From positions 3,190,722-3,254,721 of the forward strand of contig CAVNZM010000013.1 in the NCBI GenBank assembly GCA_963693365.1: 64,000 nt of DNA, given 5' to 3'. The notes under the pieces are model-generated. The model was not told the origin of the DNA and made no database searches. It saw only the letters and a program-made list of their open reading frames with translations. The DNA comes from Amoebidium appalachense. Lineage: Eukaryota; Protista; Ichthyosporea. Of this stretch, positions 25,544 to 44,785 are shown in pieces (the first letter of the stretch is position 1; the number at the start of each line of letters is the position of its first letter). A program made the position numbers and the translations under genes.

Positions 25544-27262
25544 AGCAATACTGGTGACAAACCATTTGAATATAGGGTGGATTGAGAGAGGGAGGGAGAG
25601 AGAGAGAGAGAGAGAGAGAGAAGCAATACTGGTGACAAACCATTTGAATATAGGGTGGATTGTGTTCTAGAGGACGGACAAGGGTGGGGAGGGACGGGGT
25701 GAAGGGGGGGTCATGATGGTATCGGCTGATGGGGCTGAGAGTGAGTAGAATGGGAAGTGTAGAAGTGTCCGCGGACTTGGAGGATTTGGGGGGGGGGGGG
25801 GGGAGAGGGGGGGGGGGGGGGGGAGGGGGAGGGGGGAGGAGGGGGGGTACCTGATCGCCCAGAGCAGCCCGTCCAAGAGTGTTCTCCTGTTGTCTTGCCT
25901 CCAACTTACAGAGGCAGTTCATGAACCCTCCCGGAAGTGGAGTGCCGGGCCAGAGAATAATCCCGCCCAGTTTTGCAATTACGTCCTTGTCGCCATTGGT
26001 GTCCATTGGCTTGAAGCTGGCGCATGCACCGTTCTTGCAATCCACACCCTGGCAGATGGTTGCTACGACGGGACCCATAAGGCGACCGTTTACAACCGAC
26101 ATGAGACCCGATGGGATATAGCATTCCTGTATGGAAAATGCCGTTTAGTTGGTTGGCTCTTGGAAAGGGTTGTGGATAGTTATTAATGCCGAGAGACATG
26201 GGCAGGGATAGGTGGAGTGTAGAAGGTAGGGTGGGCGGAAGAGGCTTTGACTGGTCTAAGAGGGGGGGACACTAGAAAAAAGAGTTCGGGGTAAAAGGAG
26301 TCGTAGAAGTCTGACTCACTTAAAGGCGTAAAAAGAGAGTGGAGATCAGAAACATGGTGTTTGCTGTACACTAGGGCTACACGACACAAACACAAACAAA
26401 GCAGAATTATATTTAGCTATTGCTACTTTGAATTACAGCTGAGCTCATTTCGTTAACTTGTAATGCATTCAAATCCAGACTTTATATCAGTTTGTAGCAA
26501 GCCATGATTCATAACGTCGCCAACTGCTCATATAGGCATAGCTCTGTGTAAAATAGCAAATTTGGAAAATAAAAACCCATCTCAACCATTTGAACGGGAT
26601 GTGCTCTATGCAAACGGTATGACGAGACCAGCTAGAGATAACAATGCACATGCACCCCTTTCTCCCGACATCAAACAGATCAGTCAGGACTCTTGTCAAT
26701 GAGCACACTAGACTACGGTACCTTCATTTATTCTATGGAAAACGAGTGTTCTGGGCAGTGCTACATGCAGACTTCACACACACACACACACACACACAAC
26801 CAGCAACAGGTTAACAGCACCCATCCTGCTGTCCATGCCGACGACTAATATAAGTGCTGTTTGCCTTGCACAAGCTACACAACGTTGTCCAAGTGATGAT
26901 GGCATCCACCCACACAAAACACACACTCACACACACCAACCCCAGATGCGATAGCACCACACCACACACACCACATACACACACACACGCACACAAATGA
27001 ACACACACACATGTACACACACACTCGCACACGCACACAACACGGCCATATGGGCACCATTCAGGTTCACGACAGTTGCCCACCTCCACCCCACAGCCAC
27101 GGGTTTTCAGTCACCCACCTGAGCAGCTACCTTAAACTCCTCAGGGCTGTACATGCGACCAGTAGCCAACCGAGTGGACCAGTCGGCATCTTGCGCCGTG
27201 CTGGCGACTACCCCGGCCACACCCAACAGGGTGTAGACGAGTGTGGGCCTGTTTAGACCCAT
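15529..27262 (-). CDS. Large secreted protein with ~12 SdrD B-like / Cna-B-type repeats and Pro/Thr-rich mucin-like linkers
   Basis: Exon 1 27262-27131 reads MGLNRPTLVYTLLGVAGVVASTAQ (signal-peptide-like). A Cys-rich exon follows at ~26127-25851. Later exons carry repeats of the type I.G.VF.D.N.NG..D.GE..I..V.V.L......V.TT.TD..G.Y.F..L.PG.Y.V (e.g. ITGKVFKDANGNQVFDEGD, LSGTVFNDTNNNNKFDAGEPGIPNV, IWGNVFVDFNDNGQLDKTD, VQGKVFSDENKNGVHDVGE). Junctions are GT-AG; stop at 15529. Three +1 G-run frameshifts must be corrected. Confidence 0.85.
24925..25062 (-). mobile_element. Same element, subfamily A, 5'-truncated, minus strand (sense to the host gene)
   Basis: Reverse complement of CCCTGAGGATGGGCTC...GCATTCAAAC, flanked by poly-G on +. 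Confidence 0.85.
25405..25662. repeat. Tandem triplication separated by (GA)n
   Basis: AGAAGCAATACTGGTGACAAACCATTTGAATATAGGGTGGATTG three times, plus one partial copy. Confidence 0.9.
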
Positions 27263-28966
27263 TGTGTGTGGGGTTAACGAAAAGCTACAAGGAATACACC
27301 TTTATGTGGAAAGAATATACGTGCATTTATCTTGGTGCCGGTTAGGCGACGTCCTGCTAGGTTTCTTACTTAAGAAGGAGGAAAGGGCAAAAGTAGTTCT
27401 GAGTAGAACTAAAGCGACAACGAGAAAGGATGGTTTTGATGTGCTCGCAACAGGCAACCACTCGCCTACTGACTTCGGAGTGTCAAGATGAGCATTTATG
27501 TGTGGTGGAGCCAATAATGGATGTATATCTATGATTAAATTGTTCCCCAGGGGGACAACATAACTTGGGAGCACCGAAACACGCCTCCCTTATACCCCGT
27601 TTGCGTGCCGTTCTGCTCACTGAAATTCACGTGTCAAAATGTGTCACGGTGTGCCGCCCCGTGCTGTAATTGGCACGGAGGAAAGGACTCCTATTGGTCC
27701 GACATTTTTTATCCGCAAGCAACAATTTACGGGTAATCAAGGCCAATCGCTTATATTTACGTTTGTATAAAAATGCGGGGGTTTGAAATAATTTACTTGC
27801 GGATCTTAACAGTGTATTACCAAGAAATTACCTTTTTACAAAGATAAACGATCTAAAATTTTGATTTGTTACAAAAATAGATTTCGGGCCCAGAAGAAAA
27901 GTTTTTTTTGCGGCGGCAGAACCGGATATCCGGATGGTGGTGTTTTAGTAAACCCCGGGTGGTGAAGCGCATACTAACCACAACAGGAGTTTTAGTAATG
28001 AGGCATTGCTAGTCTTTTTAACAAAGTAAGAAAGTGTGACGGATTATTTTTCTATAAACTTCATTCAACTTTGACCCCGGGATCAAGAAAGTCTGCAGGG
28101 GGCGACCGCAATTTCACGAGCCGGATTTCTTGATTGGTCCGGATTATCAGTAAGATCCTTACATAAGATTTATCAACAAAGTCAGTCGGCCCGTGTACAG
28201 TTGGTAGCAAGCACAAAGCAGCCAGAGAAGAAAACTATGTATGTATTATATCGTCTTCACATATATTTAAATTATATGACTCCTTCATCGGTGGGGCCCT
28301 GAACATTTTCCAGTAGGCAGGGCAGCCGCCGCCAGAATTTGGGCACACTACTGCAGCGTTAACGTTGGCGACCTGCACGATCAACCGCCTCAAGGTTTGT
28401 TTACATTTGAGGATCTTATCCTCGGGTGGTCCAAGGAATGCGATGTCATTGATTTCGAACTGTTTTCATTGGCGGCTTTCGGTAACGTATAGACTCATCC
28501 GAAGTTTTTTTGATTCGCTGGTTGATAGAAGAAAAACCTAAAAAGGTGCAGCGTACGCCTTGAGTCACTTGATAGACACGTACGTTGAAAGGAACAGTTT
28601 TTGATTCTGGTGGCAGTACAACAATACACATGTACACAATCAGTCAGCACACGCCATTGAAACTGTGTCTTGTTCTGATTAGGGCTTCCGGGCGTGCTGA
28701 CCAACTGATGGCATAAATTTAGCACGCTCAGGATGCGTCAGTGTAGTAGGAACGTACTGATGGTGCATGTGTTTACAGAAGAGCGGTTACAAGCTGTGTG
28801 TGACATGTACATGTATCATCTGCAAGCTCAATAATCCATGCGAAACACAGAGTGAATTTGAAAGTTCGGATCCGAACACCGTGGAAGGAGACAGCTGAGC
28901 GGATGACGGAGCGGCGTGCACAACACTTGTACACATTCGAGGCTCTCTCTGAAGCTTCCTGCAGTC

Positions 28967-29732
28967 CAGGGTTCGAAGGACGGTGGAGCCCATTAACGGA
29001 AGTCGAAATCCCGTTTCGGAAAACCTCTTCGAAAATCGGAATGCTCCGTCAAAGCAGGCCCACCAAAAATCGTAATCGTCGCGCATCAGTAAACTAGGGC
29101 ATGCTTATTTGTGCCTATCATGCATCAAAATGTTATTATAATGCATACTCAAAAACCCCTGTGGTTATTAGAGGCCTTCCTGGTGTTGGCAGTTGAAGCT
29201 TTGAAGGAATAAAAGGGAAATATGAAGTGCATTAATGCACACACTATATATATACACTTTGTCTACGTATATACGTACGGTCACGTCCTCTTACACATAT
29301 GTGCGGCAGTGCCAGTGTATATGAGGATATATACTATGTGTGCATATGTATCTAGTTCCTGTGTGTGTCACTGTGTCCGTGGCCTTATTTTTTCCCAGTG
29401 CACGCATTTTCTTTTATTTGATGAACATATGCATGATCATGAATCATGTTACGAATAGACGTATTACGCAATTTGTGCCTTCCCCGATTCGGATTGGGTC
29501 CCTGAAGGGGGGGGGGGGGGGGGGGGGAAGAAAATTACGTTGGGTGGTTGTGTTTGTGTTTGTGTGTGTGTGAATATTTTTCACTTTGCAATTGTGTGTG
29601 TGTGTGTGGTGGGTATGTATGCACGGTGTGTGTGTCTGTGTGTATGTGTACAGGTGTGGGTGTGTGTATTTGTGTCAGCGGTAATCGGTGTGTGTGTGTT
29701 CATATATATGTTGTGTGCATGCGTGCACATGT

Positions 29733-29763
<31 letters not shown>

Positions 29764-30913
29764 CATGACATTGTGTGCATGTGTGTGTGTGTTTTGTGTC
29801 AACGGTTATGGTGTGTGTGTATGTATGTCCAGTGTGTGTATGTATGTGTGTGTGTGTGCAGTGTGGTGTGTATGTATGCAGGGTGTGTGTGTCTGTGTAT
29901 GTGTGTGTACATGCCAGTGTGGGTGTGTGTGTTTGTACCAACGGTTTCTTGACAATGTGTGTGTGTGTGTGTTTGTGTGTGTGTGTGCGTGTGCCAGGGG
30001 GTGTGTGTGCGTGCGCCGTGTACATGGTGTGTGCGTGCGGTGTAAGTGTGTGTGTGTGTGTGTGTGTGTGTTTGTGTGGGTGGGTGGGTGCATAGCATGT
30101 GATTGTGGGTGGATGCATGTGCACGTTTGTAATACAGTTATCATGCATGATCTGAGATAGTATGTGCCTGTGCACGTGTACTAGCCTAGGTCACGTGTGG
30201 TGGCACAGCTGTGCCTGTATGTGCATGTGTGTCTTTGAACGGAACACAGTGGTGCACAGTGTGTGTATTGCCTGCCATTTAAGACGCGTGCCACTGATCG
30301 TGATACACGTGGCACCTGCACCAGTGTCCGTCGACTCTGAGCATCTAGATCCATTCCATATCTAGGCCTTCCTGGGGAGGAAGGGGGGGGGGGGGGGGGG
30401 GGGGAGTACTAGTTTGGGGGGGGGGGGAGGGGATGGATTCCTGAGAGGGGGGGAGGGGAGGGGGGAGGGATGAGGCCGGAGCGGCGGTGGGGGAGAAGGA
30501 GGGGCAGCATTGGTGGAGGGAACGGTGGGCAGCGGAGGAGGGGGGAATGGGGTTCGATTTCTGGGGGGGGAAGTTTTGAAGTGGAGGCCGGCCTAGCCTA
30601 TAGGCATGCGCAGGCATATGCATTGTATGTTCATATGGCCATGCATGGCTATGATGCATATATGGTGTCACGGCTGTGTGTGTGTGAATGTTTGTGTGTG
30701 TGTCTGTGTGTGTGTGTGTGTGTGCGCGCGCGCGTGGGTGTGCATAAATGTGTTTGGTGTGACAACATGTACATGTGCTAGGCTGGCGCTATAGTCAGGG
30801 TCTGCCATTGAACATTCTACAGGGACAGGGAGACACGTACGTACGTGTGCAGCTTGTGTGGGCGGTGTATGCCCCGTGTATGATGAGACCTGCGAAGTCA
30901 TGAGAAGCTTCCC

Positions 30914-30964
<51 letters not shown>

Positions 30965-31057
30965 CTCTCGGGCGTTCCGATTCGGCCGGGACGATTTTCG
31001 GAACTGTGTTTTCAAATATCGGAAATTCCGATTTTTTTTTCGTAACTTCGAACCCTG
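28967..31057. mobile_element. Non-autonomous hAT-type DNA transposon
   Basis: Perfect 12-bp TIR CAGGGTTCGAAG (28967-28978 / 31046-31057). Perfect 8-bp TSD CTGCAGTC (28959-28966 / 31058-31065). Subterminal CGGA/TCCG motifs; no transposase ORF. Confidence 0.9.
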
Positions 31058-31983
31058 CTGCAGTCATGTCTGTAGTTGACCAATTGCAAGTGCACTGCAG
31101 CCTGTACATACGCGTAGTAGGCCTACTAATTGGACATCATGATAGTGAAGATTGGCAAGGTTGAATGCGAGGGTATGCAAGGGTAGCCAAAGTTGTGCAC
31201 ATACAATGTTTCGAATTTGCAGATAAATAGGGTCCGCATATGTGGTGTGTTCTCAACCTCTGTCAAGATGCCCACTGGCAGCCACCATCAACACCTGTCT
31301 GTGTTTATGCCGCCAAATGTAAGGGCGACCAATCATCGAGCTTGGCAGCTACGATTGGCCCGAATCTCGATCTCACAGGCGACATCCAATTGGAATAGGC
31401 CTACACGAAAAGCGCGCGAAGATTTCACCGCAGCCAGGGCGCCGAGATCATCACTTGTGGCCAGCCGGCAGATATCGATGCTGCAGACAGCCGAGTACAC
31501 ACGCATCTCCGTTGTGGCAGGCACACGGACACGTGCACACACTGCTCCACGTATACACGTACGTACAGCCAAATCAAGCAGACAATATATTAGGCTGCCG
31601 AATACGGCGAATAGCCGGTGCACGCACATGTCCTCGCAAAATGCGTGACCGCACGACGGGATCGATGATTACATGCCGTGATATGCCTGCACTGCAGCTG
31701 ACACACATGTACACGGGGATGGCCTTCCATAAAATCTCCCAGGTACACACGTACATATAGCACATGTACAATAAGCCGCCGTGTAAGCTTCCTTCGGGCA
31801 CTGTACTCGTATTTGCAGTGGTCATGTGGCCCTGTAAGTTTAAGTCAGTGGGATTATGCCACGACCTACATGCACTGATTAGATGCCCAAAACTAGGTAC
31901 ACGGTTTGATATTTACACAGAAGAGTGAACCCCTATGTCGGTCGACCCCCTTCTAAGTTGACAGTTTCATGTGTCGACGTTTT

Positions 31984-33291
31984 TTTTTTCAGTCGCGCCA
32001 TGTCGGGCTCCCGATCACATCAAAACCATATGTGATCGGTGAACAAGCAGTATGATTCCTTAAAAATAGCAGTTAACTATCCAATAAGATCGCCACTCCG
32101 GGCTCATCAGATAAAATGCAACCAATCAAGATGCGTATTTTGCACATTCCTATTCTCTTAAATTTTAACACGCACAGGGCCATCGCGACCAGGCACAAAA
32201 CACGACACGTGTTTCGTAAACGGCCGTGCGCCGCTGCATCCACACTCCACCACATTTACGCACAAGGGGCGGCATGCACACCATTGCATAGAGCCAAACG
32301 CTGGCAACATGGCCGTGTTTGAGCCGTTGCCGTAGGACTAGTACAACACGAGTTATTAGTTTTGCGACATGGGCACTTTGTCAGGAAAGACGAAATTTAC
32401 TAAAGCGTCAAAAACTCTAGAAAAACATAAGAATACCAATAGGCCGCACGAACTTCATGCTGTCTTCTTCCACCATGACGAGCAGCACCAACACCCTGCT
32501 CTAGTGTCCTCTACCATGCCGAGCAGCACCAACACCCTGCTCTAGTGTCTTCTACCATGCCGAGCAGCACCATCACCCTGCTCTAGTGTCTTCTACCATG
32601 CCGAGCAGCACCATCACCCTGCTCTAGTGTCTTCTACCATGCCGAGCAACACCAACACCCTTCTCTAGTGTCTTCTACCATGCCGAGCAGCACCATCACC
32701 CTGCTCTAGTCTTCTACCATGCCGAGCAGCACCAACACCCTGCTCTAGTGTCTTCTACCATGCCGAGCAGCACCAACACCCTGCTCTAGTGTCTTCTACC
32801 ATGCCGAGCAGCACCAACACCCTGCTCTATTGTCTTCTACCATGCCGAGCAGCACCAACACCCTGCTCTAGTGTCTTCTACCATGCCGAGCAGCACCAAC
32901 ACCCTGCTCTAGTCTTCTACCGTGCCGAGCAGCACCAACACACTGCTCTTCTTTCTTTCTTTTCCACCATGCAGAGCAGCACGAACACACTGCTTCGTCT
33001 TATTGTATTGTTTCTAACTTTCCGAACATTTTTTCTTGCTTATACCCTTTTATTTTCCCCCGGGTCACTCCTGGCTAGGTGTTGGTTGAAGTGAGTTTGC
33101 TCAATCCCCACTAGTGTGACTGCGGCAACCCCGTGGGCTAAGAATTGCCAGAATATGTAGTGACAGTCGGGATTATGTATCCTGACTTATAGTTGCACTA
33201 TGTAGAGAGCACATTCGTGTGTCTACTGTGGAAGACGTTAGCTCCCCTTAGGCAGTGCCTCCGGGAGTGAAACGGGATAAAATAAAATAAA
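31984..33291 (+). mobile_element. Non-coding non-LTR retroposon (SINE-like or internally deleted LINE)
   Basis: 15-bp direct repeat ATGTGTCGACGTTTT at 31969-31983 and 33292-33306. 3' (TAAAA)3 tail; 5' TCAGT initiator-like start; no RT ORF. Confidence 0.8.
32461..32995. repeat. 41-bp tandem minisatellite, ~13 copies
   Basis: Unit TGTCTTCTACCATGCCGAGCAGCACCAACACCCTGCTCTAG, with internal inverted repeat GAGCAG/CTGCTC. Confidence 0.95.
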
Positions 33292-33869
33292 ATGTGTCGA
33301 CGTTTTCCCGTAAGTAATCAGCGCACATTGTTTTTACATGCAGCCACTCAGAGCCTGTGGCTGCTTATTATGAGATGACTTGACTCCGGCTCCAACAAAT
33401 TTGGTACCGTCTTAGATCAATTGTGGTGCCGAATCACGTGGTGTTTGGACCTAACTGCCAGCCAATCAGGCCACACTCTGGCACATATCACAGTCCCCCT
33501 GCTAAATTTGTCGCATTCGAGTATCCGAAAGAATGGTTCGTCACGTGATCACCACGTCCCAGATCACTACCAATGTGCACATTCTTGACTTTCGGTGCTG
33601 AGTTCTGAAGTAAAAAAAATTGATGCTTGAACTTCTACAGGCTTCAATGAAGAAGATGGAGCAATGGTCATGAAGATAAAATTTTGACTAATATTATATG
33701 GTATTAATATATATAATTAATGCTATATATAAGCTTTGGTTCAGCCTTTTTTGTTTTTGTTTTTACCGCGGGCCGTACCCTCCCCAGCCCTGTGTGTGTG
33801 TGGTGGTGGTGGTGGTGGTGGTGGTGGTGGTGGTGGTGGTGGTGGTGGTGGTGGTGGTGGTGTGTGTGT

Positions 33870-33924
<55 letters not shown>

Positions 33925-34500
33925 TACTGATTTGGAATCTACAATAATCAGTACAAACCCAGCCCCAGGCCGTTTTGAATGCTTTCAGTTCACAGTTGCC
34001 TCACAATCTCCAACATCTTGGAGATTAAAGTAGCCATCTGTAGCCAGGATATCGGTAACGTTGACACGGTGATTATAAGTAACAGGTGGTTGCTGCAGTA
34101 GTACGGTGCGTGCAGCATTACATTTGATGTTGGTGCTCTTGCAGCACATACATGTTGCAGCCTACCTAGTAGCCTACGGTAGCTTAAAATAACTGTTTCG
34201 AAGCCTTCGTGGGGCGCACACCAGTCGAAGTAACAACTCAGGATGGAGTTGCCAACTTAATCTTATTATCTGGTAGTAGCCATTGTGGTGGTGTTTAAGC
34301 CTTAAGGGTGGTAATTACTTGTTCAATTGTATATTGTTCGGATTTTTATATATATTTATTATGTGGGTTGTGGCAGTGCACATGTACGCATTATACATGA
34401 TCACACCTTCATAGAACTCGCTGTATGTAACAGTTGGTGGCACATGCCAACGTGTTGCAGATGGTGGCGTTCAATATGTGTGTGTGTAAGATGCGTGTGA

Positions 34501-34544
<44 letters not shown>

Positions 34545-34568
34545 CCGGTACGGTACGTGTGTGTGTGT

Positions 34569-34631
<63 letters not shown>

Positions 34632-34655
34632 AGGGTAGTACGTATGTGTGTGTAA

Positions 34656-34702
<47 letters not shown>

Positions 34703-35435
34703 TGTCAGTGTGTGTTCGAGTGGTGTGGCCTATGCAGTAGCGCTCTATAGCTATGCTGGAGCTCGTGGTTCCTAGCGTACGTACAGTGTTATCAGTTCAT
34801 GTGGTGCATCTATCTAGTCATGTTGGTTGTGGTGTTGTGGGTGACTGTGGTGGTGATGTTTTTTTTTGGGTGAAATTGCAGTTGGAGGTAGAGTGGCCTG
34901 CCTTGTCCTTTCATGTGGTGTATATCTTGTCTTTTGGTGACAGGTTGTTGGTATGGTTGTGGCCACGATTTATCATTACGATGGTGAACCGGGCGGTGGT
35001 AGAGATGATAGTAAGTGGTGGTGGTGAAGCTTGTGTGTACACTGGTAGACCATTTTACGCCATTTTACCGTCAATATTTTCCCGAAAAAGGTTGCATGTG
35101 TTTGATTTGAGTTAGACATCTGCCACTTTCCTTTGTCGACGTGCGCGTTTACCGCTTTTATCCCCTCCCCCCCCCCCCCCCCCCCCCCTTTCTCCCCAAC
35201 CAGTTAACCCACCCACCCACCCGCCTATCCTCCCCCCTCTCTGGCAGTACCCCGCCCTTTCTTAATTAACCACCAACCAACCCCACAATTAAGTGCTCCG
35301 ACAGCTGTAGAAGTCCCAAAGCTTACGAAGAGTGGCTGCCAATATCATCACACCTCAAACATATGGTTTTGGTGCATGTTCTTATCTTTTTCAATGGCCC
35401 ATTTTCATGTTCATTAATGGACGGGTGTCTTCCGG

Positions 35436-35470
<35 letters not shown>

Positions 35471-36132
35471 AGGCAGCCTGCCGCAACGGGGGGGGGGGGG
35501 GGGGGGGGAAGGCAGCCTGCCGCAACTCCGCCGATAAAAGCATCGCAAATCTTGCTGTGGTGAATGTCATACACAAATAAAAACAAGTTTCATGGCCTCT
35601 ATTTAGAAAGACTTTTTGGGCGGAATCTTTAACGACAGACAGTATCTGTAACTAGCTGATACCCACCCAGTTCCCCTGACGGTCTAAGAAATCTTTAGAA
35701 GGGTATTGGAAAGAACATTAGTTTACCCCAGTTGCCATGGGTGTGTGTAGAAGTTTGTGCCCACGTACAGAGTGTTGTCATCCAGGGTTAAAAAAATTCA
35801 CCAATAAGATAAATAGTACTAAAATTTTGGAAACCATTAAGATTCTAGGGGTTACCGAGCCTGGGGAAAATATAAAATAACGGGAGGGGGGGGGGGGGGG
35901 GGAGGGGGGAGAGAGAGGGGGGGGGGGGGGGAGGGGGGGAGGGGGGAGTAGGGAGGCTCTGATTCAGTCTATACCTCTGTGTGTGAATGACGGTGTGCAT
36001 ATCTGTGTGTACGTGTCGGAATTTTGCATACGTGTGCCACGGGTCGTGTGTGTGCGTGTGTGTGTGTGTGAACGTGCGTCTACGGGTGTGCGCGTGCGCG
36101 CGCGCGTGTGCATGTGTGTGTGTGTGTGTCAC

Positions 36133-36222
<90 letters not shown>

Positions 36223-37194
36223 GTGTGTGTGTGCGGTGTGTGTGACTGGTGTGTGTGTTTGTTTCAATTTGAAATTGTTTGTTTGTTTCTCAACGGTTTG
36301 TTTGTGTGCATATAGTGTGTGTGCGTGCTGCTACGTACAATACACAACCAAATCACATCCCAAAATATGCACTAACGGTAATCAATCAAAATAGTTTTCA
36401 AGGCCCCAAACAAAACAAAAACTTAAAGCTTTGAACGAAATAAATAGTATTCGGATTTTGTTTTTGTTTTTTTGTCTGTGTGTGTGTGTGGGGGGGGGGG
36501 GGGGGGGGGGGGGGGGGGATGCCTGGGTGGGTGGGTTGGGGGGGGGGGGGGGGGGGGGGGGGGGATAATACAAGCATACACCAGTTTTGTGTACAAATTT
36601 TGGCTCGTTTTTCGGAAACGGCATGCATGCCCAATGCCATGAACATGCCAGTGCTTTTGACAATAATATGGCCTGCCCTCGATGTGACCAGCGTACACTG
36701 CGCCACTGGTACGACAAACCAACACGGTGTCTTGCATTGCGCGGTCGTAAACTAATGCCATCCCCCCCCCCCCCTCCCCCCCCCCCCCCCCCCCCCCCCA
36801 CAAAAAAAAGCACTTCTACCTGCGCCATCCTAGAATACGTCCCCCCCTCCGGTCCTCCGTCCCCCCTCCCCCCCCCCCCCCTCCCCCCCCCCCAAGAAAA
36901 AAACAAAACCACAAAAAGAAAGAAAGAAAGAAAGAAAGAAAGAAAAAAAGAGAAAAAACCCCTCCACGTGCGCCACCCTAGTATACGTGTGCAGGGGCCA
37001 AAGGGCTGCAAAGTATGTGGTATGCACAATCTATGGTTTGGAGCCTTTTTATTGGGCATCCGACTTCACTGCATAACATGGGAACAGAGCAGGTCATTCA
37101 CTCAATGAGTCTCGTTAGTCTCATAACACCCTCCTCCCTCCCTCCCCTCGCCACTCCCCCCCCCCCCCCCCCTCCCCCCTAACACACACATACA

Positions 37195-37425
<231 letters not shown>

Positions 37426-37933
37426 AGCTCAAGTTCTCGTTTGCTCTCACCAGTGCCCAAGACTCTCTTCTCTTTGAGGCCAAACTGCTGCAATCCATCG
37501 ACCACCCAAACGTGCTCAGGTACGAAATATGGCTTCAAGTAACGGTGTTTGCTTTAATGCTGGCATACGTTTAAATATCCGATTTACAGCTTTCTAACTT
37601 CTATTTTCCTTCTACTTTTGAACATTTACATTGAATCCGTATCGGGAAAGATTTATGTGCGTTAACTTGATGGGCCATTCCCAGGAAAATTTATAAATGT
37701 CAAATTATAAACCACATGCTGCAATGCATACTACTAAACAGTCATTATTGAATATCAGTGTCTGCATGAGCATGTACTTTTGGTGTAATATATCAGCGTA
37801 TGAAGTAAGTCACTGTGCTGGTTTGGGCATGGTTGCACCGAACTACTTGAACTTAGTGTGTAGACAATTGTGCTCACCCGCACAGCCCCCAGGCCCACAC
37901 ACACGGAGAGACACACATACAAACACACACACG

Positions 37934-38007
<74 letters not shown>

Positions 38008-38583
38008 TAACCCCCCCCCCCCCCTTCTCCCCCTCCCCACTCCCCCCTCCCCCCCCCCACCCACCCACCCACACACCCACACAGGCAAAACGTCTATCTT
38101 GCATTGTGCTGCATGCCATGTTGATAACAAATATAATACGGCATTTCTCAGTGGCAAGCATGGTATTCGCATAGAATGCTGTTATCCAAGAAACCGGCAT
38201 GTGCATTCCATAGATGGCAAAAACAAATCAGCCACAGTACTGGATTTTCACATGCTGATCGATCATGATGTCAGCATTTACATCAAACGCGCTTCCGAAA
38301 CCGGAAAGAGGCCTAGATAGGCCTTAACCAAAAACAGTTTGCAAAAGAGTAACTTTCATGGTCATATCGGCCCGGTTTTATTGTTGTATGGTAGGTGCTA
38401 GATTTAATCCTAGAGATATGTGGCTTGTTTTCTGTATCTTTGTACACTGTTTATGTGTCTGTTGTGTGGTGTGCCTGTATGTACGTATATACCATCATAA
38501 CACTAGGTGTACAGCGGAGATTTCGTGAATACACAACTAGGTTCTGCCGTACCGGTGGTCTTCCCCCCCCTTACCAACCAACC

Positions 38584-38679
<96 letters not shown>

Positions 38680-39217
38680 CACACACCCACACACACCCAA
38701 AACAAAAACAAAAAAACAAAAAAAAAACACACACACACATTCGCACAAACTGATAGTATCATAGTAGTACTATCTATATAGTCTATTTTTATTTCATTTC
38801 TAGGTCAAGTTGAAGCATTATGTACCTTCTAAATTTGAAATAGAATGATAGTCTATCTAAATCCTAAATCCTAGAAATCAATTAGGGTATCTATATTACA
38901 TCTATTCTGTGTCTATTTGAAATATCGTTCGGTCAGGCTACCCACCGCAAACCTATCTTAAACTATCAAACACCATCGCTAAATTCTATTGGTGTACATT
39001 TAGGATCAGTATAAAATTTTGCATTCACGTGTGAATTACTTAGCGTTTAAGGAAGAAAAAAAATTACTTAGCGTTTAAAATTTTACATGTAACCAAACCA
39101 CCATGAATTTATCACATCAAGTTCAAGATCTCAACACACCCTGACAAGCCAAGGCCTGTTGTTACTAACTAGAATAGAAACCGAGCTCCAAATATAGCCC
39201 GTCCTGTCCCCATTCAT

Positions 39218-44785
<5,568 letters not shown>

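Noticed and set aside
26865-26909. Possible 45-nt exon VDAIITWTTLCSLCK (minus strand) in the SdrD-B gene
   Set aside because: It would need a non-AG acceptor and a GC donor, and the flanking exons already join in frame without it. Not supportable without RNA data.
32461-32995. 41-bp palindromic array as a CRISPR array
   Set aside because: Units are head-to-tail with no unique spacers, there are no cas genes, and the context is eukaryotic.
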